From: Pyrinomonadaceae bacterium
GTDB taxonomy: Bacteria > Acidobacteriota > Blastocatellia > Pyrinomonadales > Pyrinomonadaceae
Assembly (NCBI GenBank): GCA_035537255.1
Contig: DATLMN010000065.1
Location: forward strand, 826-64,825
Length of the DNA stretch: 64,000 bases
Direction: 5' to 3'
Shown: piece by piece, positions 1 to 7,451 of the stretch
Numbering within the stretch: position 1 is the first letter of the stretch
Layout of the letters: the number at the start of each line of letters is the position of its first letter
Made by a program: the position numbers and the translations under genes
Notes under the pieces: generated by a model
What the model was told of the DNA's origin: nothing
Databases searched by the model: none
Seen by the model: the letters and a program-made list of their open reading frames with translations, nothing else

Positions 1-162
1 GCGCAACTGGAAACGCTGATGCGCGATTGCGAAGATGCCATCAACGGAGCGCCCATCAGCGCCCGCCGCTCACTTGAATTGATCACACGCCTGCGCGAGG
101 TCGAGCGCTCGCTTGGCCTCAGGATGCGCGCACGCGAAATCAAGCAGGCCAAAGAAAGATGA
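1..162 (+). CDS. 3' end of an upstream CDS (hypothetical, last 53 aa)
   Basis: Frame +1 is open from the window edge to TGA at 160-162 (...LRMRAREIKQAKER*). No recognisable domain in the visible part. Confidence 0.35.
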   Translation, partial: AQLETLMRDCEDAINGAPISARRSLELITRLREVERSLGLRMRAREIKQAKER

Positions 163-165
163 CTC

Positions 166-262
166 AATTTTGAATTTTAGATTTTGGATTTCGGATTGAA
201 AGACATATCCTATTGCGTCGAAGTCGCTAGCTAATCCAAGAGCCAATTCTAAAATCTAAAAT
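166..262. repeat. Heptamer-arm inverted repeat, family A copy 1
   Basis: 5' arm TTTTGAA TTTTAGA TTTTGGA TTTCGGA; 3' arm AATCCAAGAGCCAATTCTAAAATCTAAAAT. Spans from 4 nt after TGA (160-162) to the ATG at 261. Confidence 0.85.
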
Positions 263-1214
263 GCTCCAACATGTCTCCTCGACAGTCGAACAGATTCTGA
301 CAGAGCTTCGCAAGATCGTCGTCGGCCAGGACGAGCCCATAGAGCAAATCATGGTCGCGCTGCTGGCCGAAGGGCACGCGCTGATCGAGGGCGTGCCGGG
401 CACGGCGAAGACTCTGACCGTCAAGACGCTCGCGCGTATCATCGGCGCAGGTTTTAGCCGCATACAGTTTACGCCAGACCTGATGCCTTCGGACATCACG
501 GGTACGAACGTCTTTAACGTCGCCACCTCGGATTTTACTCTGCGACGAGGGCCTGTCTTTACGGACATCCTGCTGGCGGACGAGATCAACCGCACACCGC
601 CGAAGACGCAGGCCGCGCTCCTTGAAGCGATGGAAGAGCGACAGGTCACGATTGACGGCGATCAGCATCCTCTCTCGCCGCTCTTTACCGTGCTTGCTAC
701 GGAAAATCCGATTGAGTACGAAGGCACGTACCCGCTCCCGGAAGCGCAGCTTGATCGCTTCCTGCTCAAAATCCTGCTCGACTATCCCAGTGAGCAGGCG
801 GAGCAACAGGTCGTCGCCAACTGGGACGCTGGCTTTAACGCGCGCCGCCTTGAACAGGTCGACATTCGCCCTCTGGCCGAGCCGGACGCCATCTCAAAGT
901 GTCGCATGGAAGTGCGCGAGGCACGCATGGAGCCTGGCGTGCAGCGTTACATCGTAGAGATCGTGCGCCGCACGCGCGCGCATCCATCCGTGCTTTACGG
1001 CGCGAGCCCACGCGCATCCGTTGCGCTCCTGCTCTGCACCAAGGCGCTCTCCGCACTTCGCGGCAGAGAATTCGCCACGCCCGACGACGTGCGCGACATC
1101 GCGCGACCCGTACTGCGCCACCGTTTATCGCTACGCGCCGAAGCAGAACTCGACGGCGCAACACCCGACGCCGTCATCACAGACATCTTGCAGACCGTTG
1201 AAGTACCAAGATGA
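261..1214 (+). CDS. MoxR-class AAA+ ATPase
   Basis: 317-aa ORF with Walker A GVPGTAKT and [27 protein letters not shown], typical of MoxR-type ATPases. Followed by a DUF58 gene as in MoxR/Bat-type operons. The ATG sits inside the 3' arm of repeat A1 and has no SD. Confidence 0.9.
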   Translation: MLQHVSSTVEQILTELRKIVVGQDEPIEQIMVALLAEGHALIEGVPGTAKTLTVKTLARIIGAGFSRIQFTPDLMPSDITGTNVFNVATSDFTLRRGPVFTDILLADEINRTPPKTQAALLEAMEERQVTIDGDQHPLSPLFTVLATENPIEYEGTYPLPEAQLDRFLLKILLDYPSEQAEQQVVANWDAGFNARRLEQVDIRPLAEPDAISKCRMEVREARMEPGVQRYIVEIVRRTRAHPSVLYGASPRASVALLLCTKALSALRGREFATPDDVRDIARPVLRHRLSLRAEAELDGATPDAVITDILQTVEVPR

Positions 1215-1338
1215 TTCCATTTTGGATTTTAGATTTTGGGTTTTGGATTGGCACGTTACGCAGGTTGAAAGCCTCGATTCCAAAATTCAACATAACGAAT
1301 CGCTAATCTAAAATCCAAAATCTAAAATCCAAAATTGA
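1215..1338. repeat. Heptamer-arm inverted repeat, family A copy 2
   Basis: 5' arm TTTTGGA TTTTAGA TTTTGGG TTTTGGA; 3' arm TAATCTA AAATCCA AAATCTA AAATCCA AAATT. Starts right after the moxR stop (1212-1214) and ends 4-6 nt before the ATG at 1342. Confidence 0.9.
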
Positions 1339-1341
1339 CCG

Positions 1342-2661
1342 ATGCGTTTCGTTTTCACCAAACTCTTTTACGTGTTGCTCGCGGTGGGCTTTATTCCGTT
1401 GTCGCTCTCCTGGGGGCGGCCCATTTTGCGCTGGGCGACGCTTTTCTTTGACATAGTGCTGATTACGCTGGCGCTGATCGACGCGCGTATGAGCCGCTGG
1501 CCTGCGGGTGTCGAGGTCTTGCGCGAGTTCGGCGGGCGCTTTGCCGTCGGCGCGGAGACGGAGGTGCGAGTCCGTGTGCTGAATAACACTGCGAGCGCAG
1601 TCACTGTCTGGGTGAAGGACGAGTTTCCGCCGGAGATGGAGTTGAAGGGTTTGCGTGAGGCGCGCATTCGTGTGCAAGCGCTGGAGACGGCCGCGCTCCA
1701 TTACGAGTTGAAGCCGCCAAAACGCGGGCGCTTCGTTTTCGGCCACACGGCCCTGCGTTATCTTTCGCGTTTTGGTCTGGCGTGGTGTCAAAGGCACGTG
1801 GGCGAGCCCTTCGCCGTCAAGGTCTATCCGAATATGCGGCGGGCGCGCGAAGCGGAGTTGAAGGCGCTGGGTGCGCGCTCGCTGGTGGCCGCGCATCGTC
1901 GTTCTTCCTGGCGCGGCGAGGGTCGCGAGTTTGAATCTTTGCGCGACTATGTGCGCGGGGACGAACTGCGTCATGTCTCATGGACGGCGACCGCACGACG
2001 CGGCAGGCTCGTCACACGTCAGTACCAGATAGAGCGCGATCAAACCATTCTGGTGGCTTTGGACGCCGGGCGTTTGATGACGGCGCGCATAGAGCGCGAG
2101 ACGAAACTCGATCTGGCGATTCATGCGACGCTGGCGCTGATGTCTGCGGCGGCGCGCGGCGGCGACAATGCCGGAATAGTCGTCTTCGGTCGGCGCATCA
2201 AATCTTACCTGCCGCCCAAACGCGGCGGCGAGCACATGGACGCGGCCCTCGAAGCCCTCTACGCCGTCGAGCCGGAGATGATCGAGCCATCCTATGCGCG
2301 CGCCTTCGAGTTCATCGCCGCCAACTGTAAGCGGCGCGCTCTGGTCGTCGTCCTCACAGACCTCGTGGACGAAGAGGGCTCGCGCGAGCTGCTGACATCG
2401 CTCAAGCTTTTGCGCCCGCGACATCTGCCGCTCGTCGTCACCATAGGGGATCGCGACCTCAAGGAAGTCGTCCGCCACACGCCCGCAACGACGCGCGACC
2501 TTTTCACGCAATCCGTCGCCGAAGAGATTATCCATCAACGCGAGGCAGCGCTGCGCCGCGTCGAATCACAGGGCGGCCTCGCGCTCGACGTAACAGCCGC
2601 CGCACTCGCGCCGACGCTTCTGGAAAAGTACTTGCAGGTCAAAGAGCGAGGACTACTTTAA
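1342..2661 (+). CDS. DUF58 domain protein (MoxR partner, vWA-like)
   Basis: 439-aa ORF with N-terminal TM helices and the DUF58 signature REFESLRDYVRGDELRHVSW..RRGRLVTRQYQIERD. Lies directly downstream of the MoxR gene. Confidence 0.85.
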   Translation: MRFVFTKLFYVLLAVGFIPLSLSWGRPILRWATLFFDIVLITLALIDARMSRWPAGVEVLREFGGRFAVGAETEVRVRVLNNTASAVTVWVKDEFPPEMELKGLREARIRVQALETAALHYELKPPKRGRFVFGHTALRYLSRFGLAWCQRHVGEPFAVKVYPNMRRAREAELKALGARSLVAAHRRSSWRGEGREFESLRDYVRGDELRHVSWTATARRGRLVTRQYQIERDQTILVALDAGRLMTARIERETKLDLAIHATLALMSAAARGGDNAGIVVFGRRIKSYLPPKRGGEHMDAALEALYAVEPEMIEPSYARAFEFIAANCKRRALVVVLTDLVDEEGSRELLTSLKLLRPRHLPLVVTIGDRDLKEVVRHTPATTRDLFTQSVAEEIIHQREAALRRVESQGGLALDVTAAALAPTLLEKYLQVKERGLL

Positions 2662-2816
2662 AAGGGATGAGGGCGGAGGGATGAGGGATGAAAGAAATGC
2701 TGATTCAACTAGCTCAGTTGGTAGAGCGGCAGACTCTTAATCTGTGGTGCAGTAGTTCGAGCATACTTGAATAACTTCTCATTCATCCCTCATCCCTCCG
2801 CCCTCATCCCTTTTTT
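2662..2816. repeat. Heptamer-arm inverted repeat, family C copy 1 (carries the tRNA-like core at its apex)
   Basis: 5' arm GGGATGA GGGCGGA GGGATGA GGGATGA (2664-2691); 3' arm TCATCCC TCATCCC TCCGCCC TCATCCC (2783-2810). Confidence 0.9.
2702..2773 (+). tRNA. tRNA-Lys(CTT)-like element, non-canonical acceptor and T arms (probable pseudo-tRNA or tRNA-like structure)
   Basis: The D arm TAGCTCAGTTGGTAGAGC and the anticodon arm GCAGA-CTCTTAA-TCTGT (anticodon CTT at 2736-2738) are canonical. The T arm is AGTAG-TTCGAGC-ATACT with a G53:A61 mismatch. The acceptor only pairs as 6 A/T bp (ATTCAA/TTGAAT) with a 1-nt register shift. No CCA is encoded. Confidence 0.5.
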
Positions 2817-3770
2817 CTCCTCTTCTCTGCCGACGAGTAATAGATAGCTGTAGAGGGCTATGCCGGTCAGAGCGGCGACGCTGAATTTGATCGCGGGATG
2901 AATGGGCGCGGGAGAGATAAAGCCTTCGATGATTCCGGCCAGCACGAGCAGCGCGGCGCAACCGGCGATGAGGCGGACGGCTTCGAGGCCGCGCGTCTTC
3001 AGAGCATCGGCACGCGACAAATCGCCTGGCACGAGCAGCGCGCTTCCGATCAGGAGGCCCGCGCCTCCGGCGATAAAGATACAGGAAAGCTCTATCACGC
3101 CGTGCCCGACGACGAAAGCGAGCAGGTCATTGCCGTAGCCCGCGCGATAGACGAGCGCGAAGAGCGCGCCGAAGAGCGCACCGTTGTAGGCCATCAGATA
3201 GAGCGTGCCGACGCCGAACATCGCGCCCAGCGCAAAGGCGTAAAAAGTGACGCCGATGTTGTTCGTCAGAATCTCGCTTGAGCCGACCTGATTCGCCTCA
3301 TTCAAATCTTCCCACCAGTGTATGCGCGCGTCGACGATGTGACGCATCATCGGATGAATCCCGGCGAACTCTGAAAACTCCGGATCGCGCCAAGTGCCGA
3401 CAAATCCAATGAGGGCGAAGACCCAGAAGAAGGCGAACGTAATGGCCGTGTAGCGCCATGTGCGGCGAAACGTTTGCGGAAAGTCGCGCGTGAAAAAATC
3501 TCGCACACGGCGTCCGCCCTGCGCGTCTGCCTGATAGATGCGGCCATGCGCGCGAATGACCAGACTGTTCAGATAGTTGACCAGACGCGGGTCGCGCGAT
3601 TCGGCGCGCGCAATCGCCAGGTCAGAGGCCGTGCGGCGATAGATGCGCCCCAGCTCTCGCACCTCCTCGCGATTCAAACGACGCAAAGACGAACGATCCA
3701 GCAGCGCCAGTAAATCCTCCAGCCGCTGCCAGGCATTTCGACGCGCTAAGATAAATCGATTAGAAGACAT
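2790..3770 (-). CDS. SpoIIM/DUF95-like integral membrane protein
   Basis: 326-aa ORF. N-terminal soluble region (..RLEDLL..LRRLNREEVRELGRIYRRTASDLAIAR) followed by multiple TM helices, typical of the DUF95 proteins found beside MoxR/DUF58 genes. The last ~8 codons and the stop codon lie inside repeat C1. Confidence 0.7.
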   Translation of the reverse strand: MSSNRFILARRNAWQRLEDLLALLDRSSLRRLNREEVRELGRIYRRTASDLAIARAESRDPRLVNYLNSLVIRAHGRIYQADAQGGRRVRDFFTRDFPQTFRRTWRYTAITFAFFWVFALIGFVGTWRDPEFSEFAGIHPMMRHIVDARIHWWEDLNEANQVGSSEILTNNIGVTFYAFALGAMFGVGTLYLMAYNGALFGALFALVYRAGYGNDLLAFVVGHGVIELSCIFIAGGAGLLIGSALLVPGDLSRADALKTRGLEAVRLIAGCAALLVLAGIIEGFISPAPIHPAIKFSVAALTGIALYSYLLLVGREEEKKGMRAEG

Positions 3771-3774
3771 GTGG

Positions 3775-3874
3775 ATAGTTTTCAGTTTTCAGCAATCAGT
3801 TTTCAGAAGTTGAAAGCCGCACGACAGGTGTTAATATAAACGCTGGTCGCTGAAAACTAAAAACTGAAAACTAT
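3775..3874. repeat. Heptamer-arm inverted repeat, family B copy 1
   Basis: AGTTTTC AGTTTTC AGCAATC AGTTTTC ... GCTGAAAACTAAAAACTGAAAACT. Occupies the whole divergent gap between starts 3770 (-) and 3879 (+). Confidence 0.9.
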
Positions 3875-3878
3875 TTGT

Positions 3879-5417
3879 ATGGATCGCCTCGTCGAATGTG
3901 TACCAAACTTTAGCGAAGGTCGCAAGCCTGAAGTGATCGAGCGGCTGGCTCAAACCGTCGAGTCTGTCGAAGGCGCGGTCGTCCTGGACACGCACATCGA
4001 CGCCGATCACAACCGCTCTGTGATTACGTTCGTCGCGGAAGCGGAACAGGTGGTCGAGGCCGCCGTGCGTGTGGTCGCGCTCGCCTCAGAGCTGATCGAT
4101 CTGCGCCAGCACAGGGGCGAGCACCCGCGTCTTGGCGCAACCGATGTACTGCCTTTTGTTCCCGTGCGCGGCGTGATGATGGAGGACTGCATACGATTGG
4201 CCCACGAGGCGGGCGAGCGCATAGCCTTTGAGCTTGGCATTCCCGTCTACTTTTATGAGCGCGCCGCGCGCCGTCCTGATCGTGTGAATCTGGAAGACGT
4301 GCGCCGTGGCGGCTACGAGCTGCTGCGCGAAGAGATCGCAAGCGTAGAGCGCCGCGCGCCGGACGTGGGCCCACCACGACTGCATGAAAACGCCGGGGCC
4401 ATCGTCGTCGGCGCGCGACCTCTGCTCGTCGCCTATAACGTCAATCTGCAAACCGACGATATATCAATCGCCAGACGAATTGCGCACGCCGTGCGCGGGC
4501 GCGATGGAGGCTTACGCTATCTTAAAGCGCTCGGCTTCGAGCTTCAGACGCGCGGTATTGTGCAGGTCTCCATGAACCTGATCGATTACGAGAAGACGCA
4601 GCTTCATCACGCCTTCGAGGCCGTGCGCCGCGAGGCGTTGCGTTACGGCGTCTCTATCGTGGGCAGCGAGATCGTAGGGCTTATCCCGCAGGCCGCGCTC
4701 GACCGCGCCGCCGAATATCATTTACAGATTGAGAATTTCGCGCCCGGACTGGTGCTCGAAAATCGGATCGCAGCGGCGTTCACTGGTAAGGGCGAAAAGG
4801 AGACCGTCAGGGATTTCGCGCAGGCCGTGGCGAGCGCAGAGCCTGCGCCGGGCGGTGGCGCGGCTGCTGCACAGGCGGCATCGCTTGGCGCGGCGCTCGG
4901 CGAGATGATCGGCCACCTGACTGAGGGGCGTGAAAAATTCGCAGACGTGCAGCAAGAGATAGAGGAAGCGCTCGCAGAGTTAGCGCCGTTGCGCAATCAT
5001 CTGCGCCTTGCGGCCGCGCGCGATGCGGAGAGTTTTCAGCGCGTCGTGGATGCGCGCGGCCTTCCGCGTTCGACGGAAGATGAGAGAGTCCTGCGCGCCA
5101 GCGAGATAGAGGCGGCCTTGAAGGGCGCGGCGACCGTGCCGCTTGAGATTGCCAAGTTGGCGGTGCAGGTGCTTGAGCTGCTTGAAACCCTGTCGGAGAT
5201 CGGCAATCCGGTTGCCCTGTCGGACGCCGCCACGGGCGCGCAGCTAGCTCTGGCCTCGGTCGCCTCCGCGCGCTACAACGTGCTCGTCAATACGGCGGAG
5301 ATTGAAGATGAAGAGTTTGCCAGGGAGCATCGTTCGCGCGCAGATGATCTCATGGAGCGCGCGAGGGGAAGCGCCGCGCGCGTCGAAGCCATGTTTATGG
5401 ATTCAATCAAAGCTTGA
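3879..5417 (+). CDS. ftcD: Bifunctional glutamate formimidoyltransferase / formimidoyltetrahydrofolate cyclodeaminase
   Basis: N-terminus MDRLVECVPNFSEGR.. is the formiminotransferase signature. The C-terminal ~190 aa (..PAPGGGAAAAQAASLGAALGEMIG..) match the cyclodeaminase domain. Confidence 0.8.
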   Translation: MDRLVECVPNFSEGRKPEVIERLAQTVESVEGAVVLDTHIDADHNRSVITFVAEAEQVVEAAVRVVALASELIDLRQHRGEHPRLGATDVLPFVPVRGVMMEDCIRLAHEAGERIAFELGIPVYFYERAARRPDRVNLEDVRRGGYELLREEIASVERRAPDVGPPRLHENAGAIVVGARPLLVAYNVNLQTDDISIARRIAHAVRGRDGGLRYLKALGFELQTRGIVQVSMNLIDYEKTQLHHAFEAVRREALRYGVSIVGSEIVGLIPQAALDRAAEYHLQIENFAPGLVLENRIAAAFTGKGEKETVRDFAQAVASAEPAPGGGAAAAQAASLGAALGEMIGHLTEGREKFADVQQEIEEALAELAPLRNHLRLAAARDAESFQRVVDARGLPRSTEDERVLRASEIEAALKGAATVPLEIAKLAVQVLELLETLSEIGNPVALSDAATGAQLALASVASARYNVLVNTAEIEDEEFAREHRSRADDLMERARGSAARVEAMFMDSIKA

Positions 5418-5503
5418 GCCGATATTCCAAGAGGGCAATCCGAGCATCCCTTCGGTTTCGTATATTATTTTGAAGTCTGAATGAATTTGGAGAGTAGACG
5501 AAG

Positions 5504-6031
5504 ATGAACAGACGATTTTTTCTCAAATCCGCACTGACGCTCACGGCCGTCGCGGGTCTTTCTAGATTCTCAATCGTAGAGGTTTTGGCCCAGAACAATT
5601 CTACTGGGAAGAGTGCTTCGGCGCATCTGCCGTTTGCGAAGGTGATTAAAACAGATGCCGAGTGGAAACAACTGCTGACGCCCGAGCAATACTACGTCAC
5701 GCGGCAGAAGGGCACGGAAGCTCCCTATTCGAGCCCGCTCAACGATATTCACGAGAAAGGTGTTTTCCAGTGCGTCTCCTGCTCGCTGCCGCTGTTTAGC
5801 TCAAGTGCGAAGTTCGATTCAAAAACGGGCTGGCCGAGTTTCTGGACACCCATCAACAAAGTCAACGTGCGCGAAGAAGTTGATCGCAGCCTGCCGGAAG
5901 TGCGCACGGAAGTCCTCTGCAACCGCTGCGACGCGCACCTGGGGCACGTCTTCGACGACGGCCCTCCGCCGACCGGCCTGCGCTACTGCATGAACGGCGT
6001 GGCGATGAAGTTTGTCAGGAAGCGAAAATAA
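5504..6031 (+). CDS. msrB: Peptide-methionine (R)-S-oxide reductase MsrB with twin-arginine signal peptide
   Basis: N-terminus [18 protein letters not shown] (Tat-like RRFFLK). Two CxxC zinc motifs (CVSC, CNRC). GWPSFW and the catalytic RYCMNG are present. Confidence 0.9.
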   Translation: MNRRFFLKSALTLTAVAGLSRFSIVEVLAQNNSTGKSASAHLPFAKVIKTDAEWKQLLTPEQYYVTRQKGTEAPYSSPLNDIHEKGVFQCVSCSLPLFSSSAKFDSKTGWPSFWTPINKVNVREEVDRSLPEVRTEVLCNRCDAHLGHVFDDGPPPTGLRYCMNGVAMKFVRKRK

Positions 6032-6071
6032 GTGAAGACCTGTTGCAGAGATTAATGCGCGGAAAGAAATT

Positions 6072-6201
6072 AACAGGGATGGACAGAGATTGTCAGGATA
6101 AAAAACAGGAAGAAAGCATTCGTGCTTTACATCTGAAATTTAAAAACTCAACTCATCTTGTTGAGCTTTGCTTTTATCCTGCTTATCCTGTCCATCCTGT
6201 T
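6072..6201. repeat. Inverted repeat family D copy 1
   Basis: AACAGGGATGGACAGAGATTGTCAGGATAAAAA ... CTTTTATCCTGCTTATCCTGTCCATCCTGTT. Lies between the convergent msrB and hydrolase genes. Confidence 0.85.
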
Positions 6202-6254
6202 TGATTCTGCTTCGCGCGACTTGTCCCTATATTTTCATTAGCGACCTTTAATCG

Positions 6255-7283
6255 TCACAGATGCTTTTTGAAGAACGAAGCGATCTTCCAGCCGTCCAGA
6301 TAAACCCAGGGTTTCTCGCCGCTCGTGTAGTGCCCGCACGGAAGCCATGCCACATCGAGCGCGATTCCTGCGCGCCTTGTCTCTTCAATCACGTCGCGCG
6401 AGAGATCGACCGGGAAGGTCAGGTCGTGTCGCGCGGCGATAAAGCGCATCGGTCGCGGCCTGATATTCAAAAGGCGTTTGATAAAGGGCAGCGGCGAAAT
6501 CGGCAGCCAGTATTCGCGCAGCTCTTCGAGCGTTACATCTTCGCCGAATCCGGCCTTCACATGCTGTGTCGAGATGCCGCGCCACACGACATCCGCGAAA
6601 TAACCCGAGACGTGGTTAAAGACGCCGACATCTATCTGTTCTTCGTGAGCGTAAGCCAGAAAAGCCGTGCATGAGCCGATGCTCGTGCCCATGATGCCGA
6701 TCCGGTTGTAGCCTTGATGGTCGATCAGCCAGCGCACAGCCGCGCGCGCATCCAAAACCGCCTGACGCATGGATTGAATCGTGCGACCGATGTTCGAGCT
6801 GACGAGATGATCCGCCCGCTCAAGCTCTAAGGGACGGCGCGCCTCGTGATACGGAAGCGTGAGGCGCAGCGCAGAGATGCCTAGCCTGGCGAGCAGGCGA
6901 CCGAGTTCCATGTGGCTGTGCGGCTGCGCGTTCCACTGCGGAAGAATCACTATGGCCGGGCGACGATCATCCTTTGTCCTGTGCTGGCGGGCGGGGAAAA
7001 AGTGCGCACGCACAGTATTGTTTTCCGTTGACGGAGTCCGTATGGCGCTCGTCCAGGTGAGCTGTTGGCCCAACAGTTGATAGTCTTCAATCGGCGGCAG
7101 CGCATAAAATTCTTCGCTTCCTTCTAGGGCACGGCGCGCGTGTTCGCGCAACAGCTCGCGCGGGTCGTCTCCGTTCGCGTGATCCGTAATGAAAGACGTG
7201 CCCCACTCAAAGGGACGCACCACTCTGTTTTTATCGCGCTGCGAAAGATGGCGCTCGCGCGCGCGTATCAACCGTCCGAGCAA
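6255..7283 (-). CDS. Alpha/beta-fold hydrolase
   Basis: 342-aa ORF with nucleophile elbow GTSIG and a late conserved His (LPCGHY). No closer family assignment is possible by eye. Confidence 0.6.
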   Translation of the reverse strand: MLGRLIRARERHLSQRDKNRVVRPFEWGTSFITDHANGDDPRELLREHARRALEGSEEFYALPPIEDYQLLGQQLTWTSAIRTPSTENNTVRAHFFPARQHRTKDDRRPAIVILPQWNAQPHSHMELGRLLARLGISALRLTLPYHEARRPLELERADHLVSSNIGRTIQSMRQAVLDARAAVRWLIDHQGYNRIGIMGTSIGSCTAFLAYAHEEQIDVGVFNHVSGYFADVVWRGISTQHVKAGFGEDVTLEELREYWLPISPLPFIKRLLNIRPRPMRFIAARHDLTFPVDLSRDVIEETRRAGIALDVAWLPCGHYTSGEKPWVYLDGWKIASFFKKHL

Positions 7284-7370
7284 ATCCTTTTCACTGCCTC
7301 TCGTAAACTTTTACCGTCCCTCAACGGGTTCGAGCCCTGCGACGAGCGAACCATCCTAAAGAAAAGAGCT

Positions 7371-7421
7371 GTAAAAGTAAAAAGCAGAGGCGAAGGGAAC
7401 TCTCATTCCTTCGCCTCTGCT
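7371..7421 (-). terminator. Rho-independent terminator of the S8 (pseudo)gene
   Basis: Minus strand: GCAGAGGCGAAGG-aatgagagttc-CCTTCGCCTCTGC followed by TTTTTACTTTTAC. Confidence 0.8.
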
Positions 7422-7451
7422 CTTAAACCCTAAAGGGTTCTTCCCCTCAGC

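Noticed and set aside
2702-2773. Calling this a normal functional tRNA-Lys gene.
   Set aside because: In the canonical register the acceptor stem does not pair. Only a shifted 6-bp A/T stem forms. G53:C61 is replaced by G:A and the T stem is reduced to 3-4 bp. It is kept as tRNA-like or pseudo with 0.5 confidence.
2600-3900. An integrated mobile element or prophage at the tRNA-like locus.
   Set aside because: No integrase, excisionase, direct att duplication of the tRNA 3' end or compositional shift is present on either side. The flanks are the family-C repeat arms and ordinary genes.
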